In this document: piece by piece, positions 1 through 9,005 of the stretch | Layout: each line of letters starts with the position of its first letter | How positions within the stretch are numbered: position 1 is the stretch's first letter | Source: Patescibacteria group bacterium | GTDB lineage: Bacteria; Patescibacteriota; Saccharimonadia; CAILAD01; BJGX01 | Direction: 5' to 3' | Length of the DNA: 64,000 nt | NCBI GenBank assembly: GCA_026397045.1 | Contig: JAPLVO010000014.1 | Location: 724-64,723 of the forward strand | The notes under the pieces: generated by a model | What the model was told of the DNA's origin: nothing | What the model saw: the letters and a program-made list of their open reading frames with translations, nothing else | Databases searched by the model: none | Made by a program: the position numbers and the translations under genes

Positions 1-1177
1 GATTATCCATCCTGAGCGAGAACGAATAGGGTCTATCAAGATTCCCCGGGGCACTAGCAACGATTGTCTTATTTAGATCCCCAGCATCAGGAGATATATT
101 GCTGAATTGGAATCTGATACTTGGAGCAGTGTTTGGCTGAGTACCGTCATATGCACTTCCGTTAAAGTAATATGCGTCATTGGATTTAGCGCAATATATA
201 GTGCCCTTGAGGTTTCTTTCTAGCTCGAAAACGACATTTACCTCCTGCCCATCGGCTAGGCCGATGCCACCAATGCTGCAGTTGCCTGTGTTGCCTGCAG
301 CAGTACATGCTAGAGTACCCCCCTGTGACGATTTAACACGATACCCAATTGGTACGGTGAGGGTACTTGTGTATTTAACATTGGATTCCGTACCTTTTAT
401 ACTATCTTTATTAATCCATAAAGAGCCCCTCTGCCAGGGATTATCAGATGAAGAATCGGACCAGGAGTTGATATTATTGGTGAGCTTCACATTGGTTGAT
501 ACCGGGGCTGTCCCTGAAAAGTTTCTGGTGGTGGTAATTTTACCGACACGGTCTGGGGCATCTTCTACAAAAACAAAAAATACAAAAGTCTTATACGGGT
601 TTAACGCTGGCACCCTAGCCGACTTGCCATCAAAAAACTCTTTCTCGCCCAGAGTGCCGGGGGCTTCAAAATTCCAGAAACCCCTCCATTTGCCTTTAAT
701 ATCAACCCCTCCTATGCTTATTGTCTGGGCGTCAGCAGTAGCATAGGCCACGCTGACATCTAGCTCGAATTCCTTGTCTGGCACATCAGCTAATTTACCG
801 CACCAAATAAGATTGTCGAGGGTGGTACTATAAAATGTTCCCCCACCGATAAGATTGTCGTATGTTTCTGGGCCTATACCGAATGAGTAGCTATTTTCAT
901 CTGGGCTATCATCGTTGTTGGTGTCGAGGTGATTACCGCCGTATGGGCTTGCTTTGATAGGTATGGCTATACCATTACTGGTAGTCTTAGAAACTACATC
1001 TACCTTTCCGCCATAATTTAAAGGCTCAGTACCAGATATGCCGTACCGCTGCAAGGCCATACCTACCGCCAAATCAGCGGGGGCGGCTGCCTCAGCGCGC
1101 CCTACAGATAGAACTGTAATACCTAAAAACGCGAGAATAAATAACGGTAATGCAAATAAATATTTGATTTGTTTCAC
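1..1177 (-). CDS. Secreted/surface protein with N-terminal signal peptide (partial; C-terminus lies beyond window start)
   Basis: Minus-strand ORF read by eye: GTG at 1177 gives MKQIKYLFALPLFILAFLGITVLSVGRAEAAAPADLA... (hydrophobic core + AEA cleavage-like site), then a long Gly/Thr/Ser/Asn-rich open frame running off the window edge. The GTG overlaps the stop of the upstream gene. Not in the ORF track because it is open at the edge. Confidence 0.5.
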   Translation of the reverse strand, partial: MKQIKYLFALPLFILAFLGITVLSVGRAEAAAPADLAVGMALQRYGISGTEPLNYGGKVDVVSKTTSNGIAIPIKASPYGGNHLDTNNDDSPDENSYSFGIGPETYDNLIGGGTFYSTTLDNLIWCGKLADVPDKEFELDVSVAYATADAQTISIGGVDIKGKWRGFWNFEAPGTLGEKEFFDGKSARVPALNPYKTFVFFVFVEDAPDRVGKITTTRNFSGTAPVSTNVKLTNNINSWSDSSSDNPWQRGSLWINKDSIKGTESNVKYTSTLTVPIGYRVKSSQGGTLACTAAGNTGNCSIGGIGLADGQEVNVVFELERNLKGTIYCAKSNDAYYFNGSAYDGTQPNTAPSIRFQFSNISPDAGDLNKTIVASAPGNLDRPYSFSLRMDN

Positions 1178-2223
1178 CTTGTTTTACCTCTAGCAATCAC
1201 CATTTGCCTATTAAACTCATCAATCGACTCCGTTCCTTTCAATACAACATCCAAATATATTGCAAAATACCCGACTTCTCTTTTTTTACCACTTTTCGGT
1301 ATACCGGGGTCTGCATTAATTACGCCAATTCCGCTAATACCAGGGCTAGTAAGATTTTTTAGAAAGCTGTTTACAGATTCTGCTCGCCCGTCGTCTTTAG
1401 TAGGCTCATTACTCAGATAATTAGAAGAGAAAAATATAGAACCATTTGCCTCGTCGTTAAGGGTTAACCTCAAATCATTTTTAAGATTTTCTTGTAGCTT
1501 TTGAGGCGTAATTGTACCATTTTTAAGCTGGCCAATAGCTTCTTCAGCTCTTTGCTTAGCATAGTTTCTGTCCTCCTCTAGTGTTTTGGGGTCTCCATAA
1601 TTAGGGATGGTTTCGCCATCTACTTTGTTAACAATGGTATTACCGAACCAGAAATAAAAAATATAGCCCTCGTAGTAACCACTGCCCAATGCTAGTTTTT
1701 TCTTCGAATCAATAATACTACTTATGTATGAAGCAATTGAGTTCTGGGCTGGGGTTTGGCCTAATAAGAACTTGGCCCCTTCAATATCATTGTCATTTGG
1801 CCCAAACCCCGTGACATATCCTGCCAAATATTCCGCCTGGGTTGACTGTACGAGCTTATTTTTTTCCTCTACGCTTAATGAACTTACTCCTGGGAAATTA
1901 TTAAATGAGCTTAGAGCTTTATCAAAGGTCTGCTTGTCATCCAGGCTCTTGTTTTGTTGGCTTGGTTCTTGCTGCTTGCCGCCCAAACCAAGCTTGGAGA
2001 TGATGTCGTTGCCGAAGTTAGTTTTAGAGAGTAAAAATAATGATAATACCACCAACCCCACTATAAGTGCGGCAATAGCAGCCAATTTAAGCCCCTTCTT
2101 GGGGCTAGAGCCGCCAGCAGGAGCCCCACTGCTAGCCTGGTGACTGTGGGGCTGAGCTTGGGGTGGATGCTTTAGGCCAGGATGGCTAGCCAAATGCTTA
2201 TCGACATTGGGTTTTGGGTTCAT
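1174..2223 (-). CDS. Hypothetical membrane-anchored protein (His/Pro/Gly-rich N-terminus, single TM, extracytoplasmic domain)
   Basis: 349-aa ORF; TM helix LKLAAIAALIVGLVVLSLFLL after a basic stretch; no family recognised; co-oriented and overlapping by start/stop with the downstream secreted protein gene. Confidence 0.55.
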   Translation of the reverse strand: MNPKPNVDKHLASHPGLKHPPQAQPHSHQASSGAPAGGSSPKKGLKLAAIAALIVGLVVLSLFLLSKTNFGNDIISKLGLGGKQQEPSQQNKSLDDKQTFDKALSSFNNFPGVSSLSVEEKNKLVQSTQAEYLAGYVTGFGPNDNDIEGAKFLLGQTPAQNSIASYISSIIDSKKKLALGSGYYEGYIFYFWFGNTIVNKVDGETIPNYGDPKTLEEDRNYAKQRAEEAIGQLKNGTITPQKLQENLKNDLRLTLNDEANGSIFFSSNYLSNEPTKDDGRAESVNSFLKNLTSPGISGIGVINADPGIPKSGKKREVGYFAIYLDVVLKGTESIDEFNRQMVIARGKTR

Positions 2224-2278
2224 GATTTACTCATAACAATTTTCATTATACCCCATACGCTTGGAAAATAAATAATTA

Positions 2279-2308
2279 TTGGCTGCTAACCTGTGAAAAT
2301 GGTATAAT
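2279..2308 (+). promoter_or_regulatory. Putative sigma-70 promoter for ychF (TTGGCT-18 nt-TGgTATAAT, extended -10)
   Basis: TTGGCT at 2279-2284, TGGTATAAT at 2300-2308, about 25 nt upstream of the ychF ATG at 2334. Confidence 0.4.
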
Positions 2309-2333
2309 TAAACCTTATGGAAAAGCACAAACT

Positions 2334-3407
2334 ATGTCGCTGAGTATCGGTATTGTCGGCTTGCCCAATGTCGGCAAATCAACCCTATTTAATGCCCTCA
2401 CCAAAAATCGCGTGCTGGCGGCCAACTACCCATTTGCCACTATTGAACCGAATGTTGGTGTTGTTAATGTACCCGACGAGAGGATAAATAGACTTTCAGA
2501 AATTTCCGGGAGCGCCAAAACCATCCCCGCTAGCTGCACATTTGTGGATATCGCTGGAATTGTTAAAGGAGCTAGCGAAGGTGCAGGGCTGGGCAATAAA
2601 TTTTTGAGCCATATCCGCGATAATAATGTCATAGTGCAGGTTGTGCGAGCATTTGAAAACGATGATATCGTGCATGTCGAGGGGCACATCGACCCTAAGC
2701 GAGATATAGATATTATCCGTACTGAACTATGCCTGGCGGATATAAACAGTACCCAGAACAAAATTGCCAGACTAGAAAAAGAAGTTAAGACTGAGCCTAA
2801 GCTAATCGCTAATCTGAATGAACTCAAAAAAGTTGAGCAATTGCTCGATAATAGCGAGCTTATTTCGGAACACGATGAAATTGATATGGAGCTTATAAAG
2901 GACTTGCAGCTATTAACAGCCAAGAAATTTATCTATGTGTTTAATATAGATGAGAATGATTTGGGTAATGATGAAGTTAAAGTGAACCTTGCCAAGCTCG
3001 TTGCACCAAGCCCGAGTGTGTTTTTGAGTGCCGAAACCGAATCCCAGCTAATGGACCTAGAGCCTGCGGAGGCTCATGAGCTGCTCGAGAGCATGGGCCA
3101 AAAGGAATCTGGGCTCAATGCGCTGATACATTTAGGATATGAGACTCTAGGATTTATTAGTTACTTTACTAGCGGAGAGCAAGAAAGCCGAGCCTGGACT
3201 ATCCGTAAAGGCACCCTAGCTCCGCAGGCGGCTGGCGTAATTCATGGGGATTTTGAAAAGGGCTTTATAAAAGCCGAGATAGTCAGCTACCAAGACTTTG
3301 TGGCCGGAAATGGCTGGATCGGTGCTGGCGAATTGGGTAAGACTCGAATAGAGGGTAAGGACTATCAATTCCAAAATGGCGATGTAGCGGTATTTAGACA
3401 TAGCTAG
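2334..3407 (+). CDS. ychF: Ribosome-binding ATPase YchF (Obg-family GTPase)
   Basis: N-terminal P-loop IGIVGLPNVGKSTLFNALT, G-domain plus C-terminal TGS-like region; 357 aa, the typical YchF length. Confidence 0.9.
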   Translation: MSLSIGIVGLPNVGKSTLFNALTKNRVLAANYPFATIEPNVGVVNVPDERINRLSEISGSAKTIPASCTFVDIAGIVKGASEGAGLGNKFLSHIRDNNVIVQVVRAFENDDIVHVEGHIDPKRDIDIIRTELCLADINSTQNKIARLEKEVKTEPKLIANLNELKKVEQLLDNSELISEHDEIDMELIKDLQLLTAKKFIYVFNIDENDLGNDEVKVNLAKLVAPSPSVFLSAETESQLMDLEPAEAHELLESMGQKESGLNALIHLGYETLGFISYFTSGEQESRAWTIRKGTLAPQAAGVIHGDFEKGFIKAEIVSYQDFVAGNGWIGAGELGKTRIEGKDYQFQNGDVAVFRHS

Positions 3408-3464
3408 ATCTAAATAAAAAGACCCTAAGCAAATATTGATTACTACTAAGGGCTGTTTATTTTA

Positions 3465-4025
3465 TTACTTGGCGCGCTCTATATAGCTGGCGCTACGAGT
3501 GTCGACCTTGATGATGTCGCCTTTTTTTATAAACTGAGGGGCTTGAATTTTTAGGCCGGTTTCTAGCTCTACTTCTTTAGTGCTGGCAGAAGAGCTATTG
3601 CCTTTGTCGGCACCTGGCGCACTAACTACCTTCAAGGTGACATTTTTGAGCCAATCGAAACCTATTATTTTGTCGTCATACACTAAAGCGTCAATAGTAC
3701 CGCCCTCGACGATATATTTTGGAACATTATCATCGAGCTTATTATCAACCTCAATGGTTTCATAGCTTTCTTGATCCATGACGCTGTAATTGGTGCCAGA
3801 ACTATATAAATATTGCATGGTTTTACGATCTATCTCGGCTGAGGCGACCTTTTCATCATTACGAAAAGTCTTATCGATTACCTGGCCGGTGATCAAATTC
3901 TTTAGCTTGGTGTTTACTATACTACCGCCGCGACCCATCTGCTTCTGGGCATACTCTAGAACTTTGTAAGGTGACCCTTCAAATTCTATAAGCGTGTCCT
4001 TGCGAAGGTCAGTTGGGCTTAGCAT
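3465..4025 (-). CDS. efp: Elongation factor P
   Basis: 186 aa; [44 protein letters not shown]... matches EF-P KOW/OB architecture and length. Confidence 0.9.
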   Translation of the reverse strand: MLSPTDLRKDTLIEFEGSPYKVLEYAQKQMGRGGSIVNTKLKNLITGQVIDKTFRNDEKVASAEIDRKTMQYLYSSGTNYSVMDQESYETIEVDNKLDDNVPKYIVEGGTIDALVYDDKIIGFDWLKNVTLKVVSAPGADKGNSSSASTKEVELETGLKIQAPQFIKKGDIIKVDTRSASYIERAK

Positions 4026-4243
4026 TATTTAACCACAAATGGTAATAGTGCTAAGTGCCTGGCACGCTTTAAGGCAACTGCCAGCATGCGTTGGTGCTTC
4101 ATGCTTGCGCCTGTTTTTTTACGGCCGTCAATTTTGCCTACGCCATTAAGATAGCGCTGGAGCATTTTGACATCCTTGTAATCGATGAAGTTTATCTCTT
4201 CTGCGTATAGTTTATTCTGTTTAGCTTTATAAAAATCTGCCAT
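4025..4243 (-). CDS. rpsR: 30S ribosomal protein S18
   Basis: 72 aa, ...[51 protein letters not shown]; classic S18; part of the rpsF-ssb-rpsR arrangement. Confidence 0.92.
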   Translation of the reverse strand: MADFYKAKQNKLYAEEINFIDYKDVKMLQRYLNGVGKIDGRKKTGASMKHQRMLAVALKRARHLALLPFVVK

Positions 4244-4258
4244 TATTGTTTCCTTTAA

Positions 4259-4744
4259 TTAGAACGGTATGTCGTCTAGGTTAATTTCGCCGTCGCCAAG
4301 GTCGTCTACGGGAGGTGTGTCATCTTTTTTGGCTTTCTTAGTGTCGGCGTTTGAGCCTGCTTCCTGCGGCATATCGGCTGGGATGTCTGGGGCATAATCC
4401 CCGCCCTCAGACTGGCCACCGATGAAGTTAATATCGTTGGCTACTATTTCAGTGCGTTGTCTTTTGGATCCATCTTCTGCATCCCAGTTTCGGGTTTGTA
4501 ATCTACCGGAAACTAATACCTTACGGCCCTTTTTAAGATAACTATCCACTAGCTCTGCTAGCTTGCCCCAAGCGACGATATTGTGATACTCCACTGCATC
4601 TTTCTTTTCGCCACTTTGATCCTGCCAGCTGCGGTTGGTAGCCACGCTAAATGAGGTTACATTTTGTCCACTCGGAGTAGTGCGCATTTCTGGGTCTCGG
4701 GTTAGGTTACCCATAACAATTGCTTGGTTAAAATCTTTTGCCAT
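4259..4744 (-). CDS. ssb: Single-stranded DNA-binding protein
   Basis: OB-fold N-terminus MAKDFNQAIVMGNLTRDPEMRTTPSGQNVTSFSVATNRSWQD..., acidic C-terminal tail ending DDIPF. Confidence 0.92.
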   Translation of the reverse strand: MAKDFNQAIVMGNLTRDPEMRTTPSGQNVTSFSVATNRSWQDQSGEKKDAVEYHNIVAWGKLAELVDSYLKKGRKVLVSGRLQTRNWDAEDGSKRQRTEIVANDINFIGGQSEGGDYAPDIPADMPQEAGSNADTKKAKKDDTPPVDDLGDGEINLDDIPF

Positions 4745-4746
4745 GA

Positions 4747-5154
4747 TTATTTATCCTCGCCTTTTAATACTTTGGTCTCTTTAGCTGGCTTGGCCTCTTT
4801 GCTAGCGACCGGCGCAGCTTTGGGTGCAGCTTTAGGCTTAGCAGTTTCGTTGGGTTTTGTTATGTATCGGATATTTTCTGTAGAAACGATAAGATAACGC
4901 ATGACCTCTTCTGTGATGCGAAGCGCTTGGTTAATATCAGATACTTTGGCAGGGTCTACTTCGATGTTATAAAAAACATAGATGCCCCAATCCTGCTTAT
5001 TGACTTTATATGCCAGCTTGCGCTTGCCCCAGTTATCCTTTTTGACAATCTTGGCATTGCTCTTAGAGATAATTTTTTCTATCTTATCAAGAGCATTGGC
5101 AATGTCTATTTCGAGATCAGGATGTAAAACTACGGATACTTCGTAATTTCTAAT
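4747..5154 (-). CDS. rpsF: 30S ribosomal protein S6 (apparent non-canonical ATT start; Lys/Ala-rich C-terminal tail)
   Basis: Minus-strand translation read by eye: (I)RNYEVSVVLHPDLEID...WGKRKLAYKVNKQDWGIYVFYNIEV..., typical S6. An in-frame TAA lies 9 codons upstream and no ATG/GTG/TTG lies in between; SD AAAGAGAGGAG sits 7 nt before ATT at 5154-5152. Not in the ORF track because it lacks a canonical start. Confidence 0.7.
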   Translation of the reverse strand: MRNYEVSVVLHPDLEIDIANALDKIEKIISKSNAKIVKKDNWGKRKLAYKVNKQDWGIYVFYNIEVDPAKVSDINQALRITEEVMRYLIVSTENIRYITKPNETAKPKAAPKAAPVASKEAKPAKETKVLKGEDK

Positions 5155-5251
5155 TTTAGTACTCCTCTCTTTTGGCCCCGCTTAGCATGTTTGCTAGGCT
5201 TCGGCTCCGACAAATTGTGGGAGCAAAAAGGTTATTTGATTTGACGAATAT

Positions 5252-5280
5252 ATTGTAGCTTATATCTGTAGATTGGTCAA
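5252..5280 (-). promoter_or_regulatory. Near-consensus sigma-70 promoter for rpsF-ssb-rpsR (TTGACC-17-TACAAT) with a roughly 90-nt leader
   Basis: Minus-strand read: TTGACC (5280-5275), 17-nt spacer, TACAAT (5257-5252); the leader contains a GC-rich hairpin region. Confidence 0.5.
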
Positions 5281-5519
5281 TCCCAAGCACTATGGACTGG
5301 CAAAGGCTAGCAACCGCGATGAAGAGGCGGCATGATAAGTATGAGAATCTTGTATAAAAATGATAATATTAGAATTGAATAATGAATAAATATAAATCAC
5401 AATGCATAAACTAGCATCCGGGCTGATTGGGCTTGATATATTTAGTGTTCATATTGGACGAAAAATTGGCAAGGTATCGGGCATGATTAACAACAAGAAA
5501 GACCTTAGGATAGAATGAT

Positions 5520-5873
5520 GTGCGGTCGGTTTCAGGTGATAATATCATAATCGATTCAGAAGACAAATTATCGTTCACCGAAGATCTGCTCAGGCAGAAA
5601 GATATAATTGAGGACGACTTTAGGCTTATAGGCGCGAAAGTAGTGTCTAACTCAGGGGATAAAATGGGCAGGGTAAAGGACTATAGTATCGACTATCAGA
5701 ACTTTAGAACCAGGAAAATACATGTTAGCACTCGCCTGCTCAATAAACTGCTACATGAGAGATTGGTAATCGACCAACAGGATGTCATAGATGTACGCAA
5801 AAACACAATCATAATTAGTGATTCTAGGGTTAAGCTAAAGAATTATGTAGCAAAACTATTGCCTAGCAATTAA
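5520..5873 (+). CDS. Hypothetical protein, possibly PRC-barrel-like
   Basis: 117 aa; LIGAKVVSNSGDKMGRVKDYSIDY resembles the PRC-barrel (YlmC/YmxH-like) core; weak. Confidence 0.35.
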   Translation: MRSVSGDNIIIDSEDKLSFTEDLLRQKDIIEDDFRLIGAKVVSNSGDKMGRVKDYSIDYQNFRTRKIHVSTRLLNKLLHERLVIDQQDVIDVRKNTIIISDSRVKLKNYVAKLLPSN

Positions 5874-5957
5874 TAGCTGCCTATAATTAAAAGCAAATGG
5901 AGGTGTGATTTGCTAGTTGTCGTGGTGTGGGCCGTATTAATGTTAATGGTTTTTAGG

Positions 5958-6581
5958 TTAGTCCTCAAAAAAAACTGAGGCCTGTATAGCTTGCTTTATT
6001 AAGCCATAGGGATAACCTTTACGAGCCAGATATTCAATCAACTTTTGCTTGTTCTGGTATTTGGGCTGCCGGGCCTTGCTCTCGACCAATTGAGACAAAC
6101 ACTCGAGCTGCTTGGCATCTGATACCTTTGCCACGGCCGCTGCAATTGTATCCTTGTCTACTCCTTTGCTAGCGAGCTCCATCCGTAACACCGAAACAGG
6201 CTTAGGGCTAAGGAGCATTCTATTGCGAACCCACATATCAGCGAATTCTATATCATCGAGATACCCCTGCTGGGTAAGCTTGTCGCATGCTGACTTTGCA
6301 TCTTGAGCGTCGTAGCCCTTTCGGGTAGTGAGATAGGCTATAACCTCTGTGGTGCTACGGGGCCTGATGGCCAGAAATCTAATGGCGCAATTATAGCATT
6401 TGGAGCCGCTATGAGCTCGATGTAAATCAGCTAGTGTTGAATCATCGATGGACTGATTTGGAAGCAGCGAGAACAGAGATAGATCAGCTTCGGAAAGAGC
6501 CAGGGCGTACTTACCATCGATGAATATATTATAGTAGCCCTGCCGTTTTGCCTGAGGCTTGACATCAGTGATCAGTGGCAT
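5958..6581 (-). CDS. recX: Regulatory protein RecX
   Basis: 207 aa, helical-repeat protein immediately downstream of recA; N-terminus MPLITDVKPQAKRQGYYNIFIDGKYALALSE is typical RecX. Confidence 0.85.
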   Translation of the reverse strand: MPLITDVKPQAKRQGYYNIFIDGKYALALSEADLSLFSLLPNQSIDDSTLADLHRAHSGSKCYNCAIRFLAIRPRSTTEVIAYLTTRKGYDAQDAKSACDKLTQQGYLDDIEFADMWVRNRMLLSPKPVSVLRMELASKGVDKDTIAAAVAKVSDAKQLECLSQLVESKARQPKYQNKQKLIEYLARKGYPYGLIKQAIQASVFFED

Positions 6582-6587
6582 GGCGAA

Positions 6588-7703
6588 CTAACTACTGAAA
6601 TGCCGCGATCTAATAGTTTTGTCGAGCTCTGCCATGACCTTGGGATTGTCTTTGAGAAATTGCTTGGCGGCTTCCCTACCCTGGCCAATCTTTTCGTCCT
6701 TATAGGAGTACCAAGAGCCAGCCTTGGCTATGAGTTCTTCCTTGACGGCTAGGTCTATCATGTCCCCAGATGTACTTATGCCCTCGTTGTACATAATGTC
6801 GAATTCGGCGACCTTAAAGGGGGCTGCGACCTTGTTCTTGACTACCTTGACCTTAACATGGTTACCTATGATATTATCGCCATCCTTAAGCGCTTCGCTG
6901 CGTCTGATGTCGAGCCTGACAGAAGAATAATACTTTAGGGCGTTTCCACCTGAAGTTGTTTCTGGGTTACCAAACATCACACCTATTTTCATCCTAAGCT
7001 GATTTATGAATATCACAGTAGTGTTGGACTTAGCGATTACGCCCGTGAGCTTTCGTAAGGCTTGACTCATGAGCCTAGCCTGCAGCCCCATATGACTATC
7101 CCCCATATCGCCCTCTATTTCGGCTCTTGGTACTAGTGCGGCCACAGAATCGATAACGATTATATCTACTGCGCTACTTCGTACCAAGGTCTCGCATATC
7201 TCTAAAGCCTGCTCCCCCGTATCGGGCTGAGATATTAGCAAATCGTCGAGTCTTACGCCTATTTTGGCCGAGTACTCAGGGTCCATTGCGTGTTCGGCAT
7301 CTATAAATGCTGCCAACCCGCCATTTTTCTGAACTTCTGCTACAGCGTGAAGCGCGAGTGTGGTTTTGCCACTCGATTCTGGTCCATATATTTCTACTAT
7401 TCTGCCCTTGGGGAGCCCCCCTCCAAGTGCGAGATCGAGCGAAAGGCTGCCTGTCCGGATAGTTTCTATAGCTACTTTCATTCCCTCGCCAAGTTTCATG
7501 ATTGAGCCTTGCCCAAACTGGCGCTCTATTTGTTCTACAGCCAGATCGACGGCTTTTAGCCTAGCTGACTTCTCGTTTGCTGCGGCTGCTTTCGATGTTG
7601 CGGATTTGTCCTTTGGGGTTGGTGTATTAGTCAATTTGCTCTCCTCTTTAATGATTGTTTTTGTGCTCATTATCCTCCTTGTTCGGTTAGTGTTTGTATC
7701 CAT
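6588..7703 (-). CDS. recA: Recombinase RecA (about 30-40 aa low-complexity N-terminal extension)
   Basis: Walker [14 protein letters not shown], ...IDAEHALDP-like and L2-loop regions; the canonical RecA N-terminus ([25 protein letters not shown]) begins around residue 48. An alternative start lies at internal Met-12. Confidence 0.93.
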   Translation of the reverse strand: MDTNTNRTRRIMSTKTIIKEESKLTNTPTPKDKSATSKAAAANEKSARLKAVDLAVEQIERQFGQGSIMKLGEGMKVAIETIRTGSLSLDLALGGGLPKGRIVEIYGPESSGKTTLALHAVAEVQKNGGLAAFIDAEHAMDPEYSAKIGVRLDDLLISQPDTGEQALEICETLVRSSAVDIIVIDSVAALVPRAEIEGDMGDSHMGLQARLMSQALRKLTGVIAKSNTTVIFINQLRMKIGVMFGNPETTSGGNALKYYSSVRLDIRRSEALKDGDNIIGNHVKVKVVKNKVAAPFKVAEFDIMYNEGISTSGDMIDLAVKEELIAKAGSWYSYKDEKIGQGREAAKQFLKDNPKVMAELDKTIRSRHFSS

Positions 7704-7793
7704 GATACCGAACGCAGTACGAACATGTCAATAACTTTTTAGTACTTTTAATTGTACTTGTTGCTGCAGTCTATGTACAACAGATTAAAATAC

Positions 7794-8291
7794 CTAGCGG
7801 TAATTATCAAAGCTCACCGGAAACTCAAACTTAGCAGACTTGAGGGCAGCCATTACAGCCTGCAAGTCATCACGGCTGGCCGATGTTACCCGTACTGCTT
7901 CACCTTGAATTTGTGTCTTCACCTTAGGGAATTCTGATCTAATAAGTGCAGTAATTTCTTTGGCCTTTGTCTGATCTAACCCCTGAACTAATGTCAGAGT
8001 CTTGCGAGAAACCATATTGCTTTCGTTAATCTCGCTGCTCTTGTCTAAAAACTTCAAGCTCAAGCCAGCCTTGATAAATTTGCTTTCCAGCACGCCCTCT
8101 ATAGCCTCGAGCTTAAGTTCGCTATTGGCCTCGATTTTGATCTTGTTGTCTTCTCTATCGTAGACTAGTTTTGCACCGGTTCCCTGAAAATCATAGCGGG
8201 TAGCTATCTCGCGGCTGGCTTGGTCGCAAGTGTTTATCATGGTACTTAGGTCATATTCGCTTACGACATCAAATGAAGAATCTTTTGCCAC
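7794..8291 (-). CDS. yajQ: YajQ-family nucleotide-binding protein (UPF0234)
   Basis: 165 aa; SFDVVSEYDL...ASREIATRYDFQG...QIQGEAVRVTSASRDDLQAVMAAL aligns closely with E. coli YajQ. Confidence 0.85.
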   Translation of the reverse strand: MAKDSSFDVVSEYDLSTMINTCDQASREIATRYDFQGTGAKLVYDREDNKIKIEANSELKLEAIEGVLESKFIKAGLSLKFLDKSSEINESNMVSRKTLTLVQGLDQTKAKEITALIRSEFPKVKTQIQGEAVRVTSASRDDLQAVMAALKSAKFEFPVSFDNYR

Positions 8292-8345
8292 TTATTTAAG
8301 TCCTCCTTATTAAGATTAGATTATAGCAGCTTTAAACGCGCTCAA

Positions 8346-8858
8346 CTAGTTAGAGTACTCTCTTATCTCAGTCTTAGCGACATCAATAGTACCGCCGTAA
8401 AGCACATGCGGCGCGTAACCATAAATTAAGATCTGCCTACCCTCCTCAATACACTCTCTGTAATAAGCTTTTGTTCTACCGGGTAAGTGACAATGATTTG
8501 CGTAATTCTCTTCGGTGAATGGCAAATAGACATCTTTGTTGTTTACAATTGCTTTGATAATCAACCGAGATTTGTCGAGCATATTGGCATTGATACAAAA
8601 TACTTTCCAGGGTGGGTCTTTGACAAGATCAGCATCCTGAAGAGCTTGCCTGGTCTCGCTTGGCTCAATTGGTGACAAGTGAATAACATCGTTCCATTTA
8701 CCAAGGCCGGGTATTTCGGTTTCCTTAACCCCCTCTCTGTCCTGATACTTTTTAGATTGTTGCTTGAATACCTCTGGAAGTGTATTCCTCAAAGTGTTGA
8801 GAGGGTAAAGAATTGTGCCGACCATCTTCTTGGGTACAAAGTGATATAAATACATCAT
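8346..8858 (-). CDS. Hypothetical protein (orphan, no recognised family)
   Basis: 170-aa ORF with good coding appearance; N-terminal MMYLYHFVPKKMVGTILYPL and C-terminal KTEIREY. See finding for a speculative ART-like reading. Confidence 0.5.
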   Translation of the reverse strand: MMYLYHFVPKKMVGTILYPLNTLRNTLPEVFKQQSKKYQDREGVKETEIPGLGKWNDVIHLSPIEPSETRQALQDADLVKDPPWKVFCINANMLDKSRLIIKAIVNNKDVYLPFTEENYANHCHLPGRTKAYYRECIEEGRQILIYGYAPHVLYGGTIDVAKTEIREYSN

Positions 8859-9005
8859 GCGAACTTTAGTGTAATGACCACCAATGTGCGCCAGTGCTTT
8901 GGAATAGCGCTTGTCACCTCAAATGAAGAGCCTTTTGTCATATCTTATACCATAACAAAGTAGCTGGCGTTTGCAGTTCAATGTAAAAAAAGCCTAATGA
9001 TATGT

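Noticed and set aside
180-746. 188-aa + strand ORF in the ORF track
   Set aside because: It lies antisense to the much longer signal-peptide ORF on the minus strand and has Pro/Ser/Leu-rich composition typical of a shadow frame.
2426-2923. 165-aa and 63-aa minus-strand ORFs inside ychF
   Set aside because: Antisense shadow ORFs (Ser/Ile-rich) within a confidently identified gene.
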